NCBI GenBank assembly: GCA_963843795.1
Contig: CAWJLW010000006.1
Span: 434,001-498,000 of the forward strand
Direction of reading: 5' to 3'
DNA: 64,000 nucleotides
Source: an uncultured bacterium
GTDB lineage: Bacteria; Armatimonadota; Abditibacteriia; Abditibacteriales; Abditibacteriaceae
The notes under the pieces were generated by a model, which did not search any database, had not been told where the DNA came from, and saw only the letters and a list, made by a program, of their open reading frames with translations. A program made the translations under genes and the position numbers. Positions 41,615-51,060 of the stretch are shown here, one piece after another (the stretch's first letter is position 1; the number at the start of each line of letters is the position of its first letter).

Positions 41615-41710
41615 GCAGAGAACACACAGATAATAGGAAAAAATCCAAGTGCAGGTACTTGCCAGAGCAAATTTTAAAAGTTCTCTGTGTTCTCTGCGAC
41701 AACTCTGCGT
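41615..41710. repeat. Imperfect inverted repeat GCAGAGAACAC(AC)AGA ... TCTGTGTTCTCTGC with a palindrome variant in the loop
   Basis: Arms at about 41615-41630 and 41684-41697, extra CTCTGCG at about 41703, GCAGGTACTTGC at 41651. Confidence 0.6.
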
Positions 41711-41771
41711 CCCAGCGCGAAATAAGAAGTTGCGGAAATGATAAAAAGTTGATAAAAAAGAAGTGTTATTT

Positions 41772-41852
<81 letters not shown>

Positions 41853-41869
41853 GTTCAGTCGTTCAATTT

Positions 41870-42571
41870 ATGTCGCAGAATTCCTCGGCTTCACAGCCTG
41901 CAACTACACCGGAAGAAACCGTTTCTTCCGGTGTTTTGTCGTCTGATTTACAACCTCGCCTGTGGCTCGCTTCGGCCTCGCCGCGTCGTGCGCAACTGCT
42001 GCAAACTATCGGCGTGCCATTTCAGCTTTTGGCCAATCATGCCGATGAGCCCGAACCCAACGCACAAGATCACGCTCATCCGCAGAATTATGTCGAAGCC
42101 CTCGCGCACAGTAAAGCCGCGTCGTGTGAATTTCCTCCGGCTGACAACACTCATTTCGATATTGTGTTGAGCGCTGATACCGTTGTGTGGCACGACGGGC
42201 AAATTCTAAATAAGCCGCGTGATGAAGCTCAGGCGCGACAAATGTTGGGCAAGTTGGTCGGGCAACGGCATCAGGTTCTGACCGGCGTGTGCTTGCGGTG
42301 GCGCGAAAATAACGAAGCCCGTTTTCTAATCTCTCACGAGCGCACAACAGTTCAGTTCGCACATCGCGATGCGGCCTGGGTCGCGCGTTATGTTGCCAGC
42401 GGTGAACCGATGGACAAGGCTGGCGCTTACGCCGCGCAAGGTTTGGGCGCGTTGCTCATCGAACGCATCGATGGCGATTTTTGGAATGTAGTTGGTTTGC
42501 CGCTTTATCGCACCGGACAAATGCTGCGGCAGTTAGGCGTGGCGCTGGAAAACTGGTGGCCGAACGATTGA
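41870..42571 (+). CDS. maf: Maf family nucleoside triphosphate pyrophosphatase
   Basis: LASASPRR, ADTVV, KP, GEPMDKAGAY, NVVGLP. Confidence 0.92.
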   Translation: MSQNSSASQPATTPEETVSSGVLSSDLQPRLWLASASPRRAQLLQTIGVPFQLLANHADEPEPNAQDHAHPQNYVEALAHSKAASCEFPPADNTHFDIVLSADTVVWHDGQILNKPRDEAQARQMLGKLVGQRHQVLTGVCLRWRENNEARFLISHERTTVQFAHRDAAWVARYVASGEPMDKAGAYAAQGLGALLIERIDGDFWNVVGLPLYRTGQMLRQLGVALENWWPND

Positions 42572-42676
42572 GTCGTGCACTGTAATTCGCCGGCAAGTAC
42601 TTGCCGCGCAACCTGTGCCAAACGCGGCGCGTCGAATTGGACACAAATTCCTCTGCAAGTACTTGCCACAACCGCT

Positions 42677-45100
42677 ATGAAAAATTCTTGTTCCCGTTTC
42701 CTCGTCGTTGCCGCGCCTTTAGCGCTGGCGACTTCGATTTTCACGCCCGCCGCGTACGCGCAAAAAAGTTCTAAGATGCAACTTTCATCGACTGTGCAGA
42801 AAACTATCGCCGCGCAAGAATCTGTTCCCCGAATTCCCGCATGGAAGATTTCTGGCGTCGCGTCCCCGACTGTTCAAGGCTTCGATTTGGCCGATGTGAC
42901 GCTTTTGGACAGTCCTTTCAAAAGCGCGATGGAAAAAGACGCGGAATATCTGCTCAGTTTGAATCCCGATCGTTTTTTGCACGGTTTTCGGAAAGAAGCC
43001 AGTTTGGAGCCCAAAGCGCCGATGTATGGTGGCTGGGAAGCGCGCGGCGTGGCCGGCCACTCGTTTGGCCATTATCTGTCGGCAATGGCGATGTTGTATC
43101 GCTCGACGGGCGATGAGCGCGTTAAAGAGCGTTTAAATTATTCCATCGACCAGATGGCCGAAGTGCAAAATGCCAACGGCGATGGTTATGTGGGCGCGAT
43201 TCCCGAAGGCAAGCGCATCTGGAGCGAAATCCGTCGGGGCGATGTGCGCGGAACAGGCTTCGATCTCAACGGCGGATGGGTGCCGTGGTACACGATGCAT
43301 AAAGTGTTCGCCGGCTTGCGCGATGTGTATCGTTTTACGGGAAATGAAAAAGCCAAAACTGTGTTGATCGGTTTGTCCGATTGGGCGATTGGCCTCACCA
43401 AAAATCTCGATGAAGCCAAATGGCAGAATATGCTGGCCGCCGAACATGGCGGTATGAACGAGGTTTTAGCCGATGTATATGCGATGACGGGCGAGAAGAA
43501 ATATCTCGATTTGTCGGAACGCTTTTTTCATCGCGCGATTTTAGAGCCGCTGGCTGCACAGAAAGACCAGCTGGCAGGGCAACACGCCAACACGCAAATT
43601 CCCAAAGTTATCGGCAACGCGCGTTTGTATGAACTCACTGGCGACCAGGAAGACGCGACGATTTCGCAATTTTTCTGGAACACCGTAGTTCACGACCATT
43701 CGTATGTCATTGGCGGCAACAGCAACTTCGAGCATTTCGGGCCACCCGACGAACTGACCGGCGCTTTGAGCACGAATACGACCGAAACTTGCAACACTTA
43801 CAATATGCTCAAACTTACCGAGCACTTGTTCGAGCGCACGCCGCAAATTCAATACGCCGATTTTTACGAACGCGCGCTGTATAATCACATTTTGTCCTCG
43901 ATTAATCCCAAAGACGGCATGACGACCTATTATGTGCCTTTGGTTTCGGGCGGCAATCGCACCTACGGCACTCCAACCGATTCGTTCTGGTGCTGCACTG
44001 GCACCGGCATGGAAAATCATGTCAAATATGGCGAAGGCATTTATTTCCACAGCGCCGATACGCTGTATGTTAACGGCTTTATTCCCTCGATTTTGCGTTG
44101 GCAGGATAAAGGTTTAACGATTCGTCAAGATACCCAATATCCCGAAAGCGACAAAACCAAATTGACCATCACGGCGGCGAAACCCACCAAAGCTGCTTTG
44201 AAAATTCGGTGTCCGCAATGGTTGGCGAGCGATGCGCAGATCACTCTCAACGGCAAAAAGCAGAACATCGCAACCAAAGCTGGAACTTATGCGACCTTGG
44301 ATCGAACGTGGAAAAGTGGCGATACAATTGAAATTCGCTTGCCAATGCAGCTCACGCAAGAAACTTTTCCCGACGACAAAAATAAAGTCGCATTTTTGTA
44401 TGGGCCAATCGTTCTGGCGGGCGATATGGGCAAAGAAGCTGGCCCGATTCCGGTTTTGCTGACGCAAAATAAGCCCTTGAAGCAGTGGCTTTTGCCCGTC
44501 GCGAATGAATCGCTGACATTTCGTACCGTTGCGAACTCGGGCGTGATGCAGCCAGTCGCCGTCACTCTAAAGCCGTTTTACGCGATTCATGTGGATAAAT
44601 ATGTTGTTTACTGGGATCAAATGACGCCCGCGCAATGGCAGGAACGCAAAGCGCAAATCGCGCGCGACGAAGCCCTCGAAAAGGCGCGTTTGGCGCGCAC
44701 GATTGATGAAGTGCGCTTTGGTGAACAGCAGCCCGAAGTCGATCACGCGATTAAGAGTGAAAACAGCAGTGTGGGACGCCATCAAGAAATTGCGTTTCGT
44801 CACGCGCCCGATGGTTGGTTTGAAGTTGAGATGCGAGTGCTGCCGGATGCGCCGATGGAACTGGCGTGCCGTTTCTGGGGCAGCGAAAATGGCGCGCGCG
44901 AATTTGATATTTTGGTAGACGGCAAAGTTATCGCCACGCCCAGTCTGGCGCAGCAGAAGCCGAACCAGTTTTACGTCGTGGAATATCCGATTCCTGTAGA
45001 ATTGACGCGTGGCAAAGCGAAAGTGACGGTGCGCTATCAGGCTAAAGCGGGTAATATCGCGGGTGGCGTGTTTGGTTCGTGGATGTTGAAGGCCGAATAA
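42677..45100 (+). CDS. Secreted GH146/GH127-type beta-L-arabinofuranosidase (DUF1680) with C-terminal domain
   Basis: YGGWE, GH..GHYLSA, EHGGMNE, HANTQIPK, ETCNTYNMLKL, FWCCTGTGMEN. Confidence 0.9.
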   Translation: MKNSCSRFLVVAAPLALATSIFTPAAYAQKSSKMQLSSTVQKTIAAQESVPRIPAWKISGVASPTVQGFDLADVTLLDSPFKSAMEKDAEYLLSLNPDRFLHGFRKEASLEPKAPMYGGWEARGVAGHSFGHYLSAMAMLYRSTGDERVKERLNYSIDQMAEVQNANGDGYVGAIPEGKRIWSEIRRGDVRGTGFDLNGGWVPWYTMHKVFAGLRDVYRFTGNEKAKTVLIGLSDWAIGLTKNLDEAKWQNMLAAEHGGMNEVLADVYAMTGEKKYLDLSERFFHRAILEPLAAQKDQLAGQHANTQIPKVIGNARLYELTGDQEDATISQFFWNTVVHDHSYVIGGNSNFEHFGPPDELTGALSTNTTETCNTYNMLKLTEHLFERTPQIQYADFYERALYNHILSSINPKDGMTTYYVPLVSGGNRTYGTPTDSFWCCTGTGMENHVKYGEGIYFHSADTLYVNGFIPSILRWQDKGLTIRQDTQYPESDKTKLTITAAKPTKAALKIRCPQWLASDAQITLNGKKQNIATKAGTYATLDRTWKSGDTIEIRLPMQLTQETFPDDKNKVAFLYGPIVLAGDMGKEAGPIPVLLTQNKPLKQWLLPVANESLTFRTVANSGVMQPVAVTLKPFYAIHVDKYVVYWDQMTPAQWQERKAQIARDEALEKARLARTIDEVRFGEQQPEVDHAIKSENSSVGRHQEIAFRHAPDGWFEVEMRVLPDAPMELACRFWGSENGAREFDILVDGKVIATPSLAQQKPNQFYVVEYPIPVELTRGKAKVTVRYQAKAGNIAGGVFGSWMLKAE

Positions 45101-45279
45101 TTCGCTGTCATTGCCACGTCTGAGATGACGTGCGCGGCGATTTTTGCGAAAATGAAGCCCCGCAAGTACTTGCAAGTCAAAAACGGCCCCGCAAGTACTT
45201 GCGGGGCTTTGTGGCGTTTCTAGCGCGAGCCATCTTAACCGTTTAAACATTAAGCAGCGCAGTGGCTGCTGGAGTTATT

Positions 45280-46320
45280 TTGCTGAAATCATTATTTGGA
45301 CGTTTCGCTCAGGATATGGGCATTGACCTGGGCACGGCGAATACGCTCGTCCACGTCAAAGGTCGCGGCGTCGTGTTGCGCGAACCTTCGGTTGTGGCCA
45401 TCGATCAGGACAACAATACGGTGCGTTCGGTGGGCGAGGAAGCCAAGATGATGGTCGGGCGCACGCCCAGCCATATCATCGCCATTCGACCGCTGCGCGA
45501 CGGTGTTATCGCCGACTTTGAAGTGACGCAGCGCATGCTGCAATATTTCATTCGCAAAGTGCATCGCGGGCGCGGTTTCGCTTATCCGCGCGTGATGGTC
45601 GGTATTCCGTCCGGCATTACCGAAGTCGAACGTCGCGCTGTCATCGAAGCCGCCATGACGGCGGGTGCGCGCGATGCTCGCACCGTCGAAGAGCCGATGG
45701 CCGCAGCGATTGGCGCTGGTCTGCCGGTCAGCGAACCAACCGGTTCGATGATCGTGGACATCGGCGGCGGCACGACCGAAGTCGCGGTAATTTCGCTGGG
45801 CGGTATCGTGACCAGTCGTAGCTTGCGCGTGGCGGGCGACGAAATCGATGAAGCGATTGCGGCTTATGTGCGGCGTACTTACAGTATGTTGATCGGCGAA
45901 CGCACGGCAGAGCAATTGAAAATGGAAATCGCTTCGGCTTATCCGCTGCGCGAAGAAATCGAAGCCGAAATCAAAGGGCGCGATCTGGTTAATGGCCTTC
46001 CGCGCAGCGTGATTATCAATTCGGCAGAGCTACGCGAAGCGATTAAAGAGCCGGTGTGGGAAATTGTTGAAACCGTGAAAGCCACGCTTGAACAAGCGCC
46101 GCCCGAACTGTCCGCCGACGTGATGGAGCGCGGCATCTGGCTGGCGGGCGGCGGTGCGCTTTTGCGTGGTTTGGATGAGCTTTTGGCGCACGAAACCCAA
46201 ATTCCCATTCACATCGCCGATGATCCACTGACTTGTGTGGCGATTGGGACGGGACAGACGGTTGAAGCGTGGGACACCTGGAGCCGCACCAATCAAGCGG
46301 TTTACGGCGTGAATAAATAG
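45280..46320 (+). CDS. mreB: Rod shape-determining protein MreB
   Basis: [50 protein letters not shown] start after GGAG (45262 is an alternative). Confidence 0.96.
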   Translation: MLKSLFGRFAQDMGIDLGTANTLVHVKGRGVVLREPSVVAIDQDNNTVRSVGEEAKMMVGRTPSHIIAIRPLRDGVIADFEVTQRMLQYFIRKVHRGRGFAYPRVMVGIPSGITEVERRAVIEAAMTAGARDARTVEEPMAAAIGAGLPVSEPTGSMIVDIGGGTTEVAVISLGGIVTSRSLRVAGDEIDEAIAAYVRRTYSMLIGERTAEQLKMEIASAYPLREEIEAEIKGRDLVNGLPRSVIINSAELREAIKEPVWEIVETVKATLEQAPPELSADVMERGIWLAGGGALLRGLDELLAHETQIPIHIADDPLTCVAIGTGQTVEAWDTWSRTNQAVYGVNK

Positions 46321-46406
46321 CAGCGCAAGTACTTGCCGAAGGTGTTGCATAAATTGTTGTCCTTTTCCTGTTGCAAGTACTGGCAACACCGTAAATTCTG
46401 ATTTCT

Positions 46407-47219
46407 ATGCGTTCGTGGTGGATTGCGATTCTTTTATTTGTCTGCGGTGCTTTTGTGGCGTGGCATTATTTGTCGGGCCGCAATGGGCGCATTGCCGCAC
46501 CCGAAACCGCTGCTCTGGCTGCTCTGCGCGCGCCGCAGCGTGGTTTGAGCGGTTTCGGCGGGTGGGCCAGCGATGTGGGCCGTGCGCTGGTAAAGCGCGA
46601 TTCAATTGTCAGCGAAAACGAAACTTTGCGTGCCAAAGTCGAAACTTTGCAGGGCGACAACGTGCGCTTGAATCGTTACCGGCGCGAAAACGATGAACTG
46701 CGTGCGATGCTCAAAATGGAGCCGCGTTTTGGTGGGCGTAATGTGCCCTGCGATGTCGTGGCATTAGACTTTTCAGCTTATGCGCGCCGCATTTCTCTGA
46801 ATGTCGGTGCGCGCCAAAACGTGCGTCCCAAAGATGTGGTTTTTACGCCGCAAGGTTTGGTCGGGCAAATTATCGCGGTGAACAGCGGTTTGCCACCCAC
46901 CTCGCAGGTGCTTTTATTGACCGACCGCCAATCGAGCGTGGGCGCGATTACCCAACGCAGCAGCGCCAAAGGCATCGTCAGTGGGACAGGCGGACAGTTG
47001 TGCAGCATGAGTTATCTCGACTTTAAAGCTGATGTGCGCGAGGGTGATATTGTGGTCACGGCGGGCGATTCGACCATTTTTCCGCGCGGCATCGCGATTG
47101 GCCGCGTGCTGCGCGTGTGGCGTAACAAAACCTACTCGACGATGAGCGCCGATATCGAACCGATGGTCGCCTTCGACCAAATCAATAGCGTTTTTGTGCG
47201 CGCTCAGGCCGGGCCGTAA
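46407..47219 (+). CDS. mreC: Rod shape-determining protein MreC
   Basis: N-terminal TM, coiled coil (EN..LR), GLVG.I, GD.VVT.G...FP.GI.IG.V; follows mreB. Confidence 0.9.
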   Translation: MRSWWIAILLFVCGAFVAWHYLSGRNGRIAAPETAALAALRAPQRGLSGFGGWASDVGRALVKRDSIVSENETLRAKVETLQGDNVRLNRYRRENDELRAMLKMEPRFGGRNVPCDVVALDFSAYARRISLNVGARQNVRPKDVVFTPQGLVGQIIAVNSGLPPTSQVLLLTDRQSSVGAITQRSSAKGIVSGTGGQLCSMSYLDFKADVREGDIVVTAGDSTIFPRGIAIGRVLRVWRNKTYSTMSADIEPMVAFDQINSVFVRAQAGP

Positions 47220-47268
47220 ATGAAACGCGTGTCGCAAGTACTTGCCGCCTGTTTTTCCAAAATAATCA

Positions 47269-47787
47269 ATGCGTGAAAGAGCGACGTGGAGAATTTGGCT
47301 TGTGCTGTGGTTGTTAGCGGCTTTGCAAAGCACGCTGCTGGCGCGCTGGCATCCGTTCGATATTGATGTCGATTGGATTCTGCTTTCGGTGGTTTCGGTC
47401 TCGATTCTTCTGGGTTGGCCGGTCGGCGCGATTTACGGATTGGTTGCGGGCTGGTTGACCGGCGTGTTGGTCGGTGATTTTCCCGGCTCGTTCGCGATTT
47501 CGCGTTTCGCCTCAGGCGGCGTATTGGCTGGCTTCGATAAATTTTTCTCTCTGGATAATCCCTTCGCCGCGCCTTTGGGCGCAGCCGCAGCGACGGTTGT
47601 CGCTAATTGTACTTTCGCGCTGATGTCGCCCGCATCATTTCCAGTCGCGTGGTGGCTGCAGCGCACTTTTACGCAAATCGCTTTGCACGCAGTTTTAATC
47701 GTGCCGCTGCACTGGATTTTAACGCGCGTGGTTTTGCCGCCTTCTAAACGCTTGTTCGGTCATGATACCGTGCATCGATTGGGTTGA
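47269..47787 (+). CDS. mreD: Rod shape-determining protein MreD
   Basis: 172-aa hydrophobic protein directly after mreC. Confidence 0.75.
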   Translation: MRERATWRIWLVLWLLAALQSTLLARWHPFDIDVDWILLSVVSVSILLGWPVGAIYGLVAGWLTGVLVGDFPGSFAISRFASGGVLAGFDKFFSLDNPFAAPLGAAAATVVANCTFALMSPASFPVAWWLQRTFTQIALHAVLIVPLHWILTRVVLPPSKRLFGHDTVHRLG

Positions 47788-47898
47788 ATTGTTCCCTGCA
47801 AGTACCTGCGCAAGTTACTTGCAGGGAACAATTTTTGTCCGAGGCTATCGAAAGCGAACACAAAACTCCTCCGATCTCCCGGTTGTCAAGGTTTCCTC

Positions 47899-50793
47899 AT
47901 GTTCAAATTTCGCACTTCTTATACTGCCGCCCGTTTTCTGGCCGCCTTCACTTTTCTCGGTTTTCTCAGCGTTGCCACGCGTGCTGCGCAGTGGCCCACA
48001 GGTTTGACCGCACCGCAAAATGTGCGCGGGAAAACAGGGCATTTCGGTACGCGCCTTTTGAGCAAACGCACTTCAAGTCGCGTTTTGCGTGGCGCAAGTT
48101 CGAGCTATTTTGCTGCAAGCGGTTTTTTGTCGCGTGCCAATGGCACGACGTTGAATTTTACTTTTTCGGGTTTTGAAGCTCAGCGCCAAGCTCAGCTTAG
48201 CGCTTTCGCGCAGGCGATTTATCCTTTTTTGGTGCAGGTTTATGGTGAGCCAGCGCCTTCACAGCGCGGCCAAACCGTGCCGGTGATTTTCAACGCAAAT
48301 GCGGGCGATGGCGTTTACGATTTGCAAAGCGGTGCGCCCGGAACGATTAAATACAGTCCCTATTCGGTGGCCGATTTACAAGCTGTTTTTGCGGATGCGC
48401 AGGGCAATTGTGATGCGACCTGTCAGTCGAATGCCGAAGCGGTCGCGCTGCAGCGCGATCAATACAACATTTCGCGACAAATGGCGCTGGCTTTCCACGG
48501 CGCGCAGGGCTTTCAAGCCGATGCGTGGGAATTGGGCTTCTCGAACGCTGCAGCGTTGGTGGCGAACTGGAAATATTACAATTCGACGCCCGCTTTCAAT
48601 CCGGCTATTCTGGGCGATTATTACCTTCCGGGCTACGATTTCTTCAATCGTCCCGGCATCGGCAACCGTTATTTTTTCTCGTCAACGGGCACCAGCGGGA
48701 CAGATGGTTTTCTGGCCAGCACGCGCTCGACGATTGCTCAGGCGGCATGGCTCAAAGTGTGGATTGAAAATCCCGATTTCTTTCTTTTGTTCAATCGTAC
48801 CTATTACGCGCGTTACGCCGAAAGTTTACGTAGCGACGATGCAATGCTGAACACGTTGGCGGCTTCGATTGTGCCGACCGTTGAGGGTCTGGCGTGGGAA
48901 ACCTGGCGCGCGCAGCAGCAAATTTTGAATACGACAATTGTTAGCGGCAGCAAGTTGATCTTGATTGCGGTGCCGCTGGTAAATTTGGAAGCGGGCGACA
49001 CGCGTTCGGTTTTCGCGACTTTTGCGTTTCGCTTTCGCACCGGTTCCAACGGCGATGACACGCCACTTTCTGGTGTCGATGTCGGGCAGTTCGTAGTCAC
49101 GGATGAAAGTGGGCGCGATATTACCTCGTTGTCCGCCGAATTGCGCGGCGGCCAAAAATTGAGCTTCGATGGCGAGGGCGCTTCGTATTTCAATGTGCCC
49201 GGCCAACTTCCCATTAAAGACCCGCTTATCGGTTTTGCGGGCACAGCAACCAGCGCCAATGGCAACCGCGAACAAGCGCGCCTCACTGTGAATCTGCTTG
49301 TCGGTTCGCAGCAGGTAAACACGATTTTTCCTTATGGCGTGGCCGGCACAGTTTCTAAGGCCAACGGCATTTACGGTGCGACAACGAAAACGGTCAGCGG
49401 GCGCGTTAGTGTGGCTCTGGTTTCGACCACAACTGTCACCGACAAAGCGACTCTGGCGCGCGGTGCATTTGGCAGCGCGCTCACTTATCCAAGCAGTGCC
49501 AATGTGAAAGCCACACTTCAATTGTTGCCCGCAGATGGAAGCACGGGTCAAGTCTTTCGGCGCAATTTCGCTTGGTCGTATAACAATGGCCCGCAGGGTG
49601 TGGGCGTGATTTTGGAAGATAGTGCTTCGACTCCCGATCCGACGCCAACTCCCACCACAACGCCCGCGCCCAGCAGCGTGACGGCGACGTGGCCAATTCG
49701 CGGGCAGAATCATTGGCGCTTGGTGTCGCTACCGATCACGCCCAGCGAAACCGATGCGGCGCGGGTGTTTCAAACTCCCGCCAACGAACTGAAATTGGGC
49801 CGCTTTCGCTCGACTCTGACGCCAACGCCCGCAACCGGAACGCGCTTTATTTTTGGCATCGACGCCACGCGCAACGACGCTTATCCGCACTTGCCGCAAA
49901 ACGTCGCGCCGGGTCGCGGTTACTGGCTGTATTTGCCGCAAAGTCGCCGCATCACGGTACCCGGAACGCTTTTGCCGACCGATGCGCCAGCGAGCGTTCG
50001 GTTGGAAAGCGGTTGGAATTCAATTGGTGTGCCGTTTCCCGCGCCCTTTAATGTCGGCGCGCTGCAAGTGAAAAGCGGGGGTTTGACGATCAGTTGGAAC
50101 GAAGCTATCGCGCGGCGCTGGCTAATGCCGGGCGTGTGGTCGTGGAAACAAGATGGCGGCTATAAACGCGTCGATTTGACAGCGGGCGCAGCCGTATATC
50201 CCTACGAAGGCTATTTCGTTTACGCGGTGCCGGGACGCGCTTTGGAACTGGTTTTCGATCCGACCAAACGCAGCGGCGCTTTAACTGTGGAGAGCGACGA
50301 AACGACGGGTGAGAATTGGCGTGTGGCAATGAACGTGCGCACACGCACGACGCGAGAAGATGATTTCGCATTTGGTGTGGTGCCGCAGACCGCGACGCGC
50401 CAATTTGCGGCACCACGACCGCCAGCGGGCGAGCGTTCGGTTTTACTGTGGTTCCAGAATTCGGGCGATCGCACCGCCGAAAGTTCGGGCGCGGGGCGCG
50501 AGAGCGGCTGGTCGCAATCGTTTCAAGCGCCGATTGCTACGCGCGGCAACTGGGAATTCTTTGTCGATGGCGCTGCTGCGGGCGAACTGGTGCTGTTGAG
50601 CTGGGGCGATACGCGCGTTGTGCCTTCCAATTTGATGCTGACTCTGGTTGATTTGGAAAACGGTAAGCGAACCGTGATGACTGCGAGCGCGACGAGCGCC
50701 GGTGCCAACTCGTATCTATTTACGATGGGCAATGTGGCACGCCGTTTTCAAATTGAAGCCACGCCGCGTGCACTGCAAGAAAAGTCGGATTGA
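47899..50793 (+). CDS. Large secreted hypothetical protein (degenerate metallopeptidase-like N-terminus, Pro/Thr linker, beta-rich C-terminus)
   Basis: Signal peptide, 964-aa ORF, PTPTPT linker, W.LVSLP / PG.GYW / GWN.IG.PF motifs. Confidence 0.7.
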   Translation: MFKFRTSYTAARFLAAFTFLGFLSVATRAAQWPTGLTAPQNVRGKTGHFGTRLLSKRTSSRVLRGASSSYFAASGFLSRANGTTLNFTFSGFEAQRQAQLSAFAQAIYPFLVQVYGEPAPSQRGQTVPVIFNANAGDGVYDLQSGAPGTIKYSPYSVADLQAVFADAQGNCDATCQSNAEAVALQRDQYNISRQMALAFHGAQGFQADAWELGFSNAAALVANWKYYNSTPAFNPAILGDYYLPGYDFFNRPGIGNRYFFSSTGTSGTDGFLASTRSTIAQAAWLKVWIENPDFFLLFNRTYYARYAESLRSDDAMLNTLAASIVPTVEGLAWETWRAQQQILNTTIVSGSKLILIAVPLVNLEAGDTRSVFATFAFRFRTGSNGDDTPLSGVDVGQFVVTDESGRDITSLSAELRGGQKLSFDGEGASYFNVPGQLPIKDPLIGFAGTATSANGNREQARLTVNLLVGSQQVNTIFPYGVAGTVSKANGIYGATTKTVSGRVSVALVSTTTVTDKATLARGAFGSALTYPSSANVKATLQLLPADGSTGQVFRRNFAWSYNNGPQGVGVILEDSASTPDPTPTPTTTPAPSSVTATWPIRGQNHWRLVSLPITPSETDAARVFQTPANELKLGRFRSTLTPTPATGTRFIFGIDATRNDAYPHLPQNVAPGRGYWLYLPQSRRITVPGTLLPTDAPASVRLESGWNSIGVPFPAPFNVGALQVKSGGLTISWNEAIARRWLMPGVWSWKQDGGYKRVDLTAGAAVYPYEGYFVYAVPGRALELVFDPTKRSGALTVESDETTGENWRVAMNVRTRTTREDDFAFGVVPQTATRQFAAPRPPAGERSVLLWFQNSGDRTAESSGAGRESGWSQSFQAPIATRGNWEFFVDGAAAGELVLLSWGDTRVVPSNLMLTLVDLENGKRTVMTASATSAGANSYLFTMGNVARRFQIEATPRALQEKSD

Positions 50794-51060
50794 GCGCGAA
50801 CCGAATACCTTCGCAAGTACTTGCAAGGCAAATGAGGGTGTGAAAGTGGTGAAGTTTGGGTGCGTCGCGTTGACATGGTGCGGTGCGAACTGTAAAATCA
50901 GTGTGCCGCCTGAGCGATCTTTGGTTACGGGTGTTGTTCAATAGCGAAGTGTTGTGGAACAATGGAGCGCGAGATTTTGTCTCAGGCCCTTGTTTTGATG
51001 ATGGCAAAGAGTTTCAGCGAGCGTTTGGAAGGATGAGCAAACGCCGTCGAGGAGAAATAG

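Noticed and set aside
50900..51000. Possible c-di-GMP-II riboswitch (TGGAACAATG) upstream of the lipoprotein
   Set aside because: Only a short word matches and the 3' pseudoknot consensus is absent.
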